Origin: Octopus bimaculoides
Taxonomy: Eukaryota
Assembly: GCF_001194135.2 (NCBI RefSeq)
Contig: NC_068984.1
Coordinates: forward strand, 14,446,463-14,480,458
DNA: 33,996 bases
Direction: 5' to 3'
A model generated the notes under the pieces. The model ran no database searches. It saw nothing but the letters and a program-made list of their open reading frames with translations, and had not been told where the DNA came from. Position numbers and translations under genes: made by a program. This document shows, one piece after another, positions 1 to 9,994 of the stretch; within the stretch, counting starts at the first letter, position 1, and each line of letters starts with the position of its first letter.

Positions 1-59
1 TATATATTTATACAAATATATATATATATATACATATATACATATACATAAACACACAG

Positions 60-113
<54 letters not shown>

Positions 114-115
114 GC
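1..115. repeat. Compound (TA)n/(CA)n microsatellite
   Basis: Read directly from the sequence. Confidence 0.95.
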
Positions 116-289
116 TCGCACACAAAGGTTGGCTTTTTTGTCTGACATCTAATCTGTTTGCCATCTATTGTCAGTTTACATGCCTTGCCATCTGGATGAT
201 ATGGTAATTGAGCAGTGCTACTGCCTTGTAGCTAGATCCAAGACGTTATGACGGGTCAAGGTTACTTACTGATGGATGCAGTGTCCGCA

Positions 290-530
290 GTAACCCTGGA
301 ATCGCTTAATAGGAAATAGTAACATGTATTACCACGAAGAGTTAACTTTTATCATTAAAAGGAAAGTGGTCTACCGATGTGTGTTACCTAAACTAGTACA
401 TGGCGGAGGAGCAAGAAAAATGAGCCACGAAACGGGAGTGAAATTTAGACCAATACAATAAAACGAAAGAAGAAATATGTTGAATATTATTCTGGACGAT
501 GAAATTAGATATACAAAGATGGGTGATAGG
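290..530 (+). mobile_element. Decayed RTE-clade LINE fragment (post-RT region of ORF2)
   Basis: Manual translation gives WNRLIG...IIKRKVVYRCVLPKLVHGG...Q*NERRNMLNIILDDEIRY. This resembles the RTE post-RT pattern LKRKVY.QCVLPVLTYG.E.W...Q...ERRML.I...D.IRN (recalled, not searched). One in-frame stop. Confidence 0.55.
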
Positions 531-1107
531 AAGGTTTTTTTTTTTTTAAATCGAAAAGAAGAGAATAGATGAAGGAAAAGAACAAGTATGAAACTAAGGG
601 AAAGTCTAAACAAAGCGCATTAGATTCTTTGAAAGAAAGCAGAGAAAGTATACGAAAACAAAGACAGATAAAAAACGTGTTTTTCCTTGGGGTTGGCCAG
701 ATTGCATCAATCTAGAGTATAACCAGCCGAAATTGCAAAGATATCTGGTACTCGACTGAGGAAAGAAAACTCCGAATGACCCTTGTTTTCTTTGTATCGT
801 CTATCTGGATGTTTTTTGTCCCTGTTTTGTAGCACCTAACTTTCTGGATGATTTACATTCTTTCCCATTCTGCATTTTGCTCAAACTATCGCATTTCCAG
901 CTGCTTCAGATGCCAAGATATGAAAAATTGTCAAAGTGTAGTACAACGGTTTTACTATGGAATGATGAAACTATTTTTTCGTTTGCTGAAAAAGCAACGT
1001 TTTGGACTTAGGATACTTTTGTATAACAGCAAAGATATTTATACATACATGCAAACAATATGCCTAAGGAAAATAGATCAGACAGCACTCTGCATGCAAA
1101 ATACAAA

Positions 1108-2081
1108 ATACAGGGAACAGTGCTGGGTCCACTAATGTTTGTGGTTGCTCTCTCGAACATATCCTCGGCCATAGAGTCATCCGCACTCACCAGCTACGTC
1201 GATGATACAAAAGTATTGGAGGCGGTCAAGGATCCTGCTAACATCCCAAGACTGCAGAATGACCTGAACGCAATATATAAATGGGCTGATGAGAATAATA
1301 TGCAGTTCAATGGCACAAAATTCCAAGCTATCAGCCCACAAACAAACTACAGCTGTAGTACACGGGACCAGCAATCAATGTAATCCAGAGTTAGAGTCGG
1401 TGCGTGACCTGGGAATCCATATCAGCAACGACGCAACTTAGCATGTGCACATTACTGAGATGGCAACACTATGCAGGCGGGTGGAAGGTTGGATCTTTAA
1501 ATCCTTTAGGACCAGGAACAGAGACATAGTGCTTTGAAGAACCTTTGTCCTCAGTCGTCTGGACTACTGCTCCCAACTGTGGTCCCCACATAGTGTAAAA
1601 CTAATTGCGGAACTATAAGCAAACCAACGCCACTTCACAAAGGAGACAGGATCAGCAAAACACATGCGCTACTGGAAGAGATTGATGGCACTGGGACTCT
1701 ATTCAGTGGAGAGGAGACGTGAGAGATATACAGTGCTCTGCATGTGGAAAATAATGGAGGGTCTTGCTCCAAATTTCGGAATTGAAATCTACAACAATCT
1801 CTGAACTGGACGGCATTGCACGGTACCAAAGGTCCCATCTTCTTCATCGAGGATATGAATCCAATATTGCAATAGCTTGGGATTCAAGGGACCACAAATT
1901 TTTAATGCCCTACCACAGAAGTCTTTGGAAGTCTTCAAAGCAAAGTGTTGACATGGAAGTCATCAAAGAACGCCTAGGCAGCAATACTGAAGAAAGTCCC
2001 CGGACGCAGAAGAAACGGTGCACCAGCATGGCCTCAGCCTTGGCTGAAATCCATAAAAGGTAAAAGATAAAAGATAAAAGA
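1108..2081 (+). mobile_element. 5'-truncated CR1/L2-group LINE (RT C-terminal half, 3' UTR, tandem tail)
   Basis: ORF 1060-1383 contains QGTVLGPLMF...YVDDTK...LQNDLNAIYKWADENNMQFNGTKF (RT motifs B/C). Downstream frames give VRDLG, LDYCSQLWSPH and NALP. Ends in a (TAAAAGA)n-like tail at 2054-2081. Several stops and frameshifts. Confidence 0.9.
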
Positions 2082-2082
2082 C

Positions 2083-2157
2083 ACAGTAGATTCTCACATA
2101 TGTAATACTGTAATACATATGTAATACAGTAGATTCTCACATATGTAATACTGTAAT
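2083..2157. repeat. 32-bp direct repeat with an 11-bp partial copy between, abutting the LINE tail
   Basis: ACAGTAGATTCTCACATATGTAATACTGTAAT at 2083-2114 and 2126-2157, separated by ACATATGTAAT. Confidence 0.85.
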
Positions 2158-2311
2158 TGAATTTTCAAAACAGTTTTTCGTGGTAAATACCTAATGTTTT
2201 GCATACTAGCATCATTAGATACTTTATCTCATTAGATTTTTAATGAGAAAATTTTCTAATTTTTATTTATTTGTAGTCATACTTTGGCGGGGGAGAAGCT
2301 GTTTTTGTTTT

Positions 2312-2420
2312 TCCACTTAAGGTGATGGGCTGGAATAATCGTTAAAGCGTCGGATAAAATGCTTTGCGGGATTTCCGCTGTTCTTTTTTTTATGTTCTGA
2401 GTTCAAAACCCGTCGTCTGC
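2312..2420 (+). mobile_element. Old SINE group A head fragment
   Basis: ggtgatgggctggaataatcgttaaagcgtcgg...gttctgagttcaaa aligns by eye to the 3533-3755 copy. Confidence 0.55.
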
Positions 2421-2562
2421 CATCCTTTTGGTTTAATAAAATAAAATGCTAAATACTAGATGAATATTGCGATTGGTGTAATTGATTAAAACCTTTCTTC
2501 AAAATTGCTAGCCTTGTACCAAAATTTGAAACCATTATTCACTAATATTGGTTTCAAAAATG

Positions 2563-3240
2563 TTAGCACGAGGCCAGAAAGTTCGGGGTGGCGTAGATGT
2601 ATGTCGATTACATCGACCCTAGTGTGCAACTGGTATTTATTTATTGACACACGAAAGGTTGACAAACAAATTCGACCTCGGCGGAATTTGAACTCAGAAC
2701 ATAAAGACAGACGAAATGCTGCTCTGTATTTTGCCCGATGCCATAACAATTCTTTTTTACTCTAGGCACGAGGCCCGAACTTTTTGTGGAGGGGGCCAAC
2801 CGATTAGATCGACCCCAGTGCGCAACTGGTACTTTACCTACCGCGAAAGGATGAAGAAAAGCAAAGTCGAACTCGGCGGAATTTGAACTCAGAACGTAAA
2901 GACAGACGAAATAACGGTAAGCATTTCACCCGGCATGCTAACCTTTCTTATTTCTTTACTGCCCACAAGGGGATACACACAGAGGGGACAAACAAGGACA
3001 GACAAAGGGATTAAGTCGATTATATCGACCCCCAGTGCGCAACTGGTACTTATTTAATCGACCCCGCAAGGATCAAAGGCAAAGTCGACCTTGACGGAAT
3101 TTGAACTCAGAACGTAATGACAGACGAAATACCATTAAGCATTTTACCCGGCATGCTAACGTTTCTTATTTCTTTATTGCCCACAAGGGGCTAAACATAG
3201 AGGGGACAAACAAGGCTAACGTTTCTGCCAGCTCGCCACC
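2563..3240 (-). mobile_element. Head-to-tail stack of four SINE group A units (2563-2752, 2753-2948, 2949-3166, 3167-3240)
   Basis: Three units carry the reverse complement of the body GTTCTGAGTTCAAATTCCGCCGAGGTCGAC...CTGGGGTCGAT. The fourth (3167-3240) is a head joined directly to a tail. Only one intact 5' head (GGTGGCGAGCTGGC, ending at 3240). Two different 3' tails are present. Confidence 0.9.
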
Positions 3241-3259
3241 TCCGTTATTCACTAACACT

Positions 3260-3495
3260 GAGGCCGCTTCAGCGCAGAATTACCCGAACGCCGGGAATTA
3301 AATAATGCTTTGCTGTATTTGATCCGGCGTTTTACATTGTGAGTTCAAATCCCAACGAGTTCCACTTTTCACTTCATATTTTCAGGATAAAACAAACAAA
3401 AAGAATCTTTTCCATGTACTTGGGTCAATTATATCGATCAAAACCCTTTCCCTCAAAACTGTTGGCCACGTGCTTAAATTAGAGATTATAATTTG
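3260..3495 (+). mobile_element. Diverged SINE group A copy
   Basis: tgtgagttcaaatcccaacgag...catgtacttgggtcaattatatcgat...ggccacgtgcttaaattaga follows the group A layout with many substitutions. Confidence 0.55.
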
Positions 3496-3532
3496 CTAAA
3501 CTTATTGACCTCATATTATTCTGTACTCTGAA

Positions 3533-3755
3533 GGTGGCGTGCTGGCAGAAACGTTAGCACACCGGGCAAAATACTTACCGGTATTTCGTCTGTTTTTACG
3601 TTCTGAGGTTCAAATTCCGCCGAGGTCGACTTTACCTTGTATCCTTTCGGGGTTGATAAATTAAATACCAGGTGCGTACTGATGTTGATCTAATCGACTG
3701 CCCCCACCTCCTCCTCAAAAATTTCGGGCCTTGAGGCTAGAGTAAAAAAAAATAT
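3533..3755 (+). mobile_element. Full-length tRNA-derived SINE (group A) with Nin/Deu-like central domain
   Basis: Box A-like TGGCAGAAACGTTAG and box B-like GGTTCAAATTCC. Central GAGGTCGACTTTACCTTGTATCCTTTCGGGGTTGATAAATTAAATACCAG resembles the Nin-DC/Deu SINE domain (from memory). A-rich tail. Confidence 0.85.
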
Positions 3756-3995
3756 TTTGTACCTTAACTATGACATCGCCGACCTTAATATTTCAATCAT
3801 TTGACTTTTTTATTTCTCCTTTATCTGAATATAGATTTCAGCAATTTCTCTCAAAGTACACTTCTAAATTCCCTACTTTGGTTCGATCATGAGCACATCG
3901 TTTGAGGAATAAACCAGTTTTCTTGTCACCTTCCCAACTACTAAGAAATCGTGATTTATTTCCCTTCTGCCATAACTCTCCTAATTATTAAAATA

Positions 3996-4041
3996 CAGTA
4001 GAACCTCAGTTTTCGAACAACTCCAATCACGAATAAATCTG
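3996..4041 (+). mobile_element. Possible pogo/Tigger-type terminal inverted repeat remnant
   Basis: TA followed by CAGTAGAACCTCAGTTTTCGAAC, a typical pogo/Tigger end. No matching opposite end found. Confidence 0.35.
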
Positions 4042-4732
4042 CGCCTATATTTCTTTCATTGTTAGAACATAACTTCACTCATTCTTTCGGTTGTAGAAAT
4101 TCCGGTTGGCCGCTTATTTCTTCCTTTCTTGTAACAAATGTTTCATACACTATCCGCTTACGACTTCTCTGTCCCTTTGCATTAACAAAGCATGTAATTT
4201 TCATATTTATACAACAGTATGTTTCTCTAAAAGATATTTTACCTATCAGTATTTAATCAAATTCCAAGTTTCAGTTATTTATCGCCTTTTAAACCCTCTA
4301 TTTCAAATACAATTAGCTATTTGCCTTCTAACGCACACATTCATTTTCTAAATTTATTGGCCAATACCCTCTCTTTTCAAAAAATTTCATACATTTACGT
4401 AATATATTTTCGTTTCCTGCGCAATATTGCCTTTAAAATTCTCACTCTTTTCCCCTTTCATATTCAAATTTAAAACGTTCAAACCTTAGCCTTTGATCTT
4501 TCATCTACTAAATCCTCCAATAAGATCTGCTTTTCCTCTCTTCCATTTTCACCCTTTTCAAATGTAGGGCCTCAATCCTGCTCCTGCCCTTCATCTCTTC
4601 ACATCATCTAATCACTTTCTATATCCACCAGAAACAGGATTTATCTCCACCATTTTTATATTTTCTTTCATGAGTCATTCGGTTTATTTTTACATTGATT
4701 GCTTTCTCTGAATTACTACTTTGCTTATCTTC

Positions 4733-4746
4733 GTGTGTGTGTGTGT

Positions 4747-4802
<56 letters not shown>

Positions 4803-5038
4803 NNNNNNNNNNNNNNNNNNNNNNNNNNNNNNNNNNNNNNNNNNNNNNNNNNNNNNNNNNNNNNNNNNNNNNNNNNNNNNNNNNNNNNNNNNNNNNNNNN
4901 NNNNNNNNNNNNNNNNNNNNNNNNNNNNNNNNNNNNNNNNNNNNNNNNNNNNNNNNNNNNNNNNNNNNNNNNNNNNNNNNNNNNNNNNNNNNNNNNNNNN
5001 NNNNNNNNNNNNNNNNNNNNNNNNNNNNNNNNNNNNNN

Positions 5039-5072
<34 letters not shown>

Positions 5073-5090
5073 CATACGTATATATATATT
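4733..5090. repeat. (TA)n microsatellite spanning an assembly gap
   Basis: TA repeats on both sides of the N run 4803-5038. Confidence 0.9.
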
Positions 5091-5422
5091 CGTATCTAAA
5101 TTGTTTTCATGCATATTACATTTCATGTTTACCCACATTCCACACTTATTTAAATAGAATTCTGTACATATTTAGATGTATCCTTGTTTAAATTAATATC
5201 TGTTGACATTCACTTCATTTATATAAACATATACTTTTATGTATATGTGCGTGTGTACGTGTGTGTATTTCGTACTTGTTTAATAATGCATATGTGTGTG
5301 GTTATACATCTATACATTTATGTATGTGCTTGTGTTCATACGCTAATTTGTTTAGATGTCCATATATAGGGGGAGGTTTTTGTTTGAATGCGTATTTGTA
5401 TATTAACAGGAAATATTTGCAC

Positions 5423-5470
5423 TTATCATTATTATTATTATTATTATTATTATCATTATTATTATTATTA

Positions 5471-5529
<59 letters not shown>
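5423..5529. repeat. (ATT)n microsatellite
   Basis: Read directly from the sequence. Confidence 0.95.
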
Positions 5530-5531
<2 letters not shown>

Positions 5532-6289
5532 TGACAGTACATGTCTTAATTTTTAGACTTCATTCGGTTCCTGTATTTCTTGGTGTTTATGTATTCAACT
5601 TCGTATCTTTCGTTATATATTGATAACTGTCTTTTAACAAGAGATATGTTGAGATATTTGTAGTCTAACATTTACTATTTCTGTTTTCAGTCTGTCTCCC
5701 TTATTCCTTTTGTGCACGCGCATGCGTGTGTGTATGTGTGTGTTTGTGTGTGTGTGAGAGAGACGTTTCCTTTACACATTTAAAATCAACCTTCACCATT
5801 CTTAATTCTTTCTTTCACTAATTGTTTCCCCTCATAGCCATGTTCCTGTCTTACGTTTTCACTATTTCATAAGATGCAGCCAGCGAAACTTGCAGGTCAC
5901 AGTCGCGCTGAACTTCCGTTTAATAATATATAGTTGTTCGTTTATGTGTTCAAAATATACGACAAATATATCAGCATGGAAGACATTGTTAAAACAAACT
6001 GAAATGATCAGTTTAACGCTAAGTGAAGGATTAAGGAAGTGATAATGCATTTGACATTTTGGGCACAAGCTCCTTTTCAACAAATTAGACAGATAACACG
6101 ATGAAGAGCAAATGGACGGGAAAAACAGGTGTACTAACAAAAATAGTTCTGCGTAAAATCATGTTGCTTTTTCACGTTAAGCAGGGAAGAATCTGTACAT
6201 ACAACCTCACGATAGCTGAGATAAAATATTTGTCAACAAAAATAATTTAGTTAGTTATCATGTTTTATTCATTTATTTTAGTCATTGGG

Positions 6290-6470
6290 CTCTGTAGCCA
6301 TACTGCTGCACCGCCTCAGAGTGTTTCAGTTAAACAAGTTAACCCCAGTACAATTTGTTTCAGCCTGATATTATTGGATTCTTTTACCAAACCGCTAAAT
6401 TATGATAACGTAAACAAACTAGCACCAGTTGTCATGCAGCGGGGATTCAAACACAAGCACAAAAGCACGT
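6290..6470 (-). mobile_element. Old SINE group B 3' fragment
   Basis: gccatactgctgcaccgcctc...accgctaaattatgataacgtaaacaaactagcaccagttgtca parallels the 6845-7070 copy. Confidence 0.45.
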
Positions 6471-6844
6471 GCACCTGCACACACACATATATTATATAGA
6501 TATGTGCACATATAACTGTATTGTAGTGGAAATGGTACATCCTTCCCATGTGTCAAAGCGGTATGAAAAGGCTACTATAAAGTCAGTCAGTCGTTGTAGA
6601 AAGTCTGTAGTAGTAGAGGCGTTGTATGAGTTACTCGAATGCCCATGAAATGTGAATACAAACGGAATAAAACAGGTTTCGCGTAAATCGGACCACAGAT
6701 TCCCGAGACACACGTTTTTTTGCGAGGGCGTGTACTTTTATAAATAGCCAAAATGGCGCACAATGTGAAAATACAACGAAAGTAACATAACCCTAAAATG
6801 GGAGTATACAACACTGTGAAAATTGTTTCCATTAATATTATACT

Positions 6845-7070
6845 TTTACTCTTTTTACTCTTTTACTTGTTTCAGACATTTGACTGTGGCCATGCTGGAG
6901 TACCGTCTTTAGTCGAGCAAACCGACCACAGGACTTATTCTTTGGATGCCTAGTACTTTTTCCATCGGTCTCTTAGTCCGAACCGCTAATGTTACGGGGA
7001 CGTAAACAAACCAGCATTGGTTGCCAAGCGATGTTGGGGGAAAAACACAGACACAAACATGCATATATAT
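6845..7070 (-). mobile_element. SINE group B, 3' half
   Basis: Reverse complement of the 23570-23762 region (GACTGTGGCCATGCTGGAGTACCG...CGAACCGCTAA). Runs into a gap. Confidence 0.9.
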
Positions 7071-7080
7071 NNNNNNNNNN

Positions 7081-7083
7081 GGG

Positions 7084-7129
<46 letters not shown>

Positions 7130-7303
7130 TCTTGTATTCTTTTATTTGTTTCACTCATTTGACTGCGGTCATGCTGGAGTACCGCCTTTAGTCGAACAAA
7201 TGCACCCCAGGATTCATTCCTTGTAAGCCTAGTACTTATTCTAGCGGTCTCTTTTGCCGAACCGCTAAGTTACGAGGACGTCAACACACCAACATCGGTT
7301 GTC
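7081..7303 (-). repeat. Gap-bounded near-exact duplicate of 7645-7866 (SINE B 3' half plus microsatellite); probable assembly artefact
   Basis: Identical to 7645-7866 apart from microsatellite length, including private variants. Bounded by N runs on both sides. Confidence 0.75.
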
Positions 7304-7646
7304 NNNNNNNNNNACAATATGCATGTATGCCATAAATAAATTCAGTTACTGGAGTTCAAGTTTATCCCGGAAGTTCTATTTCTATTAGATGCTGTAAATA
7401 ATGAAAATAAAACCTTAAACATGAACTTGTAAATCAGAGCTGTGATGACACGAACGAATTGAAATATTTAACGGAATCATCATAAAATTAACTTCCTTTT
7501 CAATGCAATGTTGAAATCTGTTTCAATGTTTTATAACGTGAACCGTCAGTGACCCAACGGGTTACGGGTTGTCTGGTACGTATATACATTCTTTAAATTC
7601 TTTAAATTGTTAATTGTTTCAACTTTAAAGCTGCGGTCATGCTGGG

Positions 7647-7697
<51 letters not shown>

Positions 7698-7698
<1 letters not shown>

Positions 7699-8036
7699 TC
7701 TTGTATTCTTTTATTTGTTTCACTCATTTGACTGCGGTCATGCTGGAGTACCNNNNNNNNNNNNNNNNCCCAGGATTCATTCCTTGTAAGCCTAGTACTT
7801 ATTCTAGCGGTCTCTTTTGCCGAACCGCTAAGTTACGAGGACGTCAACACACCAACATCGGTTGTCAAGCGATAGTGGGGGGGGGGACAAATACAAACAA
7901 ACAAATATATACATACATATATGGTCGGCCCGAGACTATTGTTGAAGATATTTACCCAAGTTACCACGCAATGGGTCCTAACCAGGAACCATATTGTTGG
8001 TAAGCAAGCTATTTACCACACAGCCACTCCTGCGCC
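7698..8036 (-). mobile_element. SINE group B with tRNA-like head, internally deleted
   Basis: The minus strand starts GGCGCAGGAGTGGCTGTGTGGTAA (box A-like). Central microsatellite; 3' tail ...CAGTCAAATGAGTGAAACAAATAAAAG. Confidence 0.9.
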
Positions 8037-8190
8037 TATATATATATGTGTATGTGTGTATGTGTGTATGTGTGTGCGTGTGTATGCGTGTGTGTGCTTG
8101 TATGTACATATATACATACATACATACATACATACATACATACATACATACATACATACATACATGCATACATAAATACATACATACATA
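8037..8190. repeat. Compound (TG)n/(TACA)n microsatellite
   Basis: Read directly from the sequence. Confidence 0.95.
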
Positions 8191-8521
8191 ATTTGTGTGT
8201 ATGGTTGTATCTTTTATACCGATGAAAAGTTGAGACTTCATGTCCCACAAAGGTCAAATTTGAGTGATCGATAAACAGATATCGATAAATGTAATACAAT
8301 CGTAGACGAGTCACTTGGCAATTTCAAAACGCTCAAACATCGCTAAATTCAATTTTAATTTATGTTTTTTTAGTTTTTCAAATTTTCGTCGTACCTCTGC
8401 GACCTGATCGCGGACACAACTTCATACCACTCGTGAAACGAAGTCAGCGACGAGATTGCAGATGTGTAACATAAATTTTAACTTCTTATAAAATAAATCA
8501 AATGTGAATTCAACAGATTTT

Positions 8522-8838
8522 GCGCCTGGCTTGGTGGTTAGCGTACTCGACTGATGATCGTAAAGTCGTGAGTTCGATTTCCTGGCAGCGCGTTCTCCTC
8601 GAGCAAGACACTTTATTTCTCATTGCTCCAGTCCACTCAGCTGACAAAAATGTGTAGGACCTGTAATTAAAAGCGCCAACCTTGTCACATTCTGTGTCAC
8701 GCAGAATCTCCCTGAGAACTACATTAAGCGTACAGGTCTCTGTGGATTACTCACCCACTTGCACCTTAATTTCACGAGTTGACATTTCCGTTGATCAGAT
8801 CAATTGGAACCCTCATCGTCGTAACTGACGGAGAACCA
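8522..8838 (+). mobile_element. tRNA-derived SINE group C1 with Meta-like domain
   Basis: Box A TGGCTTGGTGGTTAG, box B GAGTTCGATTTCC. CTCGAGCAAGACACTTTAT...GCTCCAGTCCACTCAGCTG resembles the MetaSINE domain (recalled). The 3' ~170 nt is shared with 27746-28130. Confidence 0.8.
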
Positions 8839-8870
8839 GTCATGTGTTAAATGTGAAGAACGGGTCTATC

Positions 8871-9065
8871 GCGGCAAGCTGGCAGTATTGTGGAGACGTC
8901 GGAGAAAATGCTGAGAAATATTTCTTCCACTTCTTTACGTTTTTAGTTCAAATCTCACTGAGATCAACTTTGCTTTTCACCTCTTCGAAATTGATAAAAT
9001 AAGGTACCAGTCATGTACTTCGGTTGAAGTATTAGATATGCCCTCTCCTTTCGACATTTCTGACC
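8871..9065 (+). mobile_element. Diverged SINE group A copy
   Basis: GCGGCAAGCTGGCAG head, TTAGTTCAAATCTC box B-like, TTGATAAAATAAGGTACCAG core. Confidence 0.7.
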
Positions 9066-9067
9066 AT

Positions 9068-9172
9068 GAAGCCTGCAATAGACTGGCGTCCTGTACAGGG
9101 AACTGTGAACCCGGTCACTTATACGCTATGGAAACCGAGAAGTCTACATAGGAAACCTCGGGCTCAAGAGAA
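9068..9172 (+). mobile_element. SINE fragment with V-domain-like motif
   Basis: CCTGCAATAGACTGGCGTCCTGTACAGGG resembles the V-SINE motif CCTGCGATGGACTGGCGNCCTGTCCAGGG (recalled). Confidence 0.45.
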
Positions 9173-9183
9173 ATAAATATGCG

Positions 9184-9226
<43 letters not shown>

Positions 9227-9994
9227 ATTATGTGCGTGTGTATCTATATGTTTTTATTCTTTCTATATACATACGTTTACATGGTTACGTATAATAGTGT
9301 GTATTTGCGCAAGCTTGTGTATAAAGACGCATTTTAAATGATATGCACATGATAAACACATGCCGATGTACAAAGTCGGAAATTGTTACGTAATATAATC
9401 GTGCAAATACACAGAAACTGAGAAATTTGGAAAGCCACACGAAATACCAACGTTACTATACACATAGCTGAACTCAATTAAACACATCTGCCTCAGAACA
9501 CAAACATTGCAACACATGCACGCATATATATATATATATATANNNNNNNNNNNNNNNNNNNNNNNNNTATGTATGTATGTATGTATGTATGTATGTATGT
9601 ATGTATGTATAAATACACCCGATTGCGTAGTCATATTCGTACAAGAGAAGAAAAAAAAATTACACAGCATTAATCAACCTCAAATGTAATCTCATTGCAA
9701 AACACCATGCAAACACGCAGATAAACATAGAACACACATAGGACCAAATACACATTCATACTGTTACACAGGCGGGTGCACACTCACACACACACACACA
9801 CACATACACACACACACACACTCTCAAAAGTACACGCATACACTTGCACACTCATATATGTATGCGTGCGTTGATAATTATGGTTTCTACGATGGAAACT
9901 GGGGAGTATTTAGAAGAATTCTCAAAAAAATTATACAACTGTGATGACATGTAGCTTCCCATGATGCTTCAGTGCTAGAGAAATATTATTTCAT

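Noticed and set aside
756-780. CTGAGGA...CCGAA hammerhead-like core
   Set aside because: GAA is followed by T rather than A, there is no downstream UH with a stem I partner, and stem II is poor. At most a decayed repeat.
848-1107. ORF 848-1135 and the 5' part of ORF 1060-1383 as LINE coding sequence
   Set aside because: RT similarity starts only at QGTVLGP (~1108). Upstream residues have no recognisable motif.
4695-5623. Long ORFs of 120-156 aa in the track
   Set aside because: They are made of N gaps and TA or ATT repeats (poly-IY, poly-L, poly-N).
8370-8470. CpG-rich stretch after a TTTTTTAG acceptor-like site
   Set aside because: No convincing donor, no recognisable peptide, and stops in most frames.
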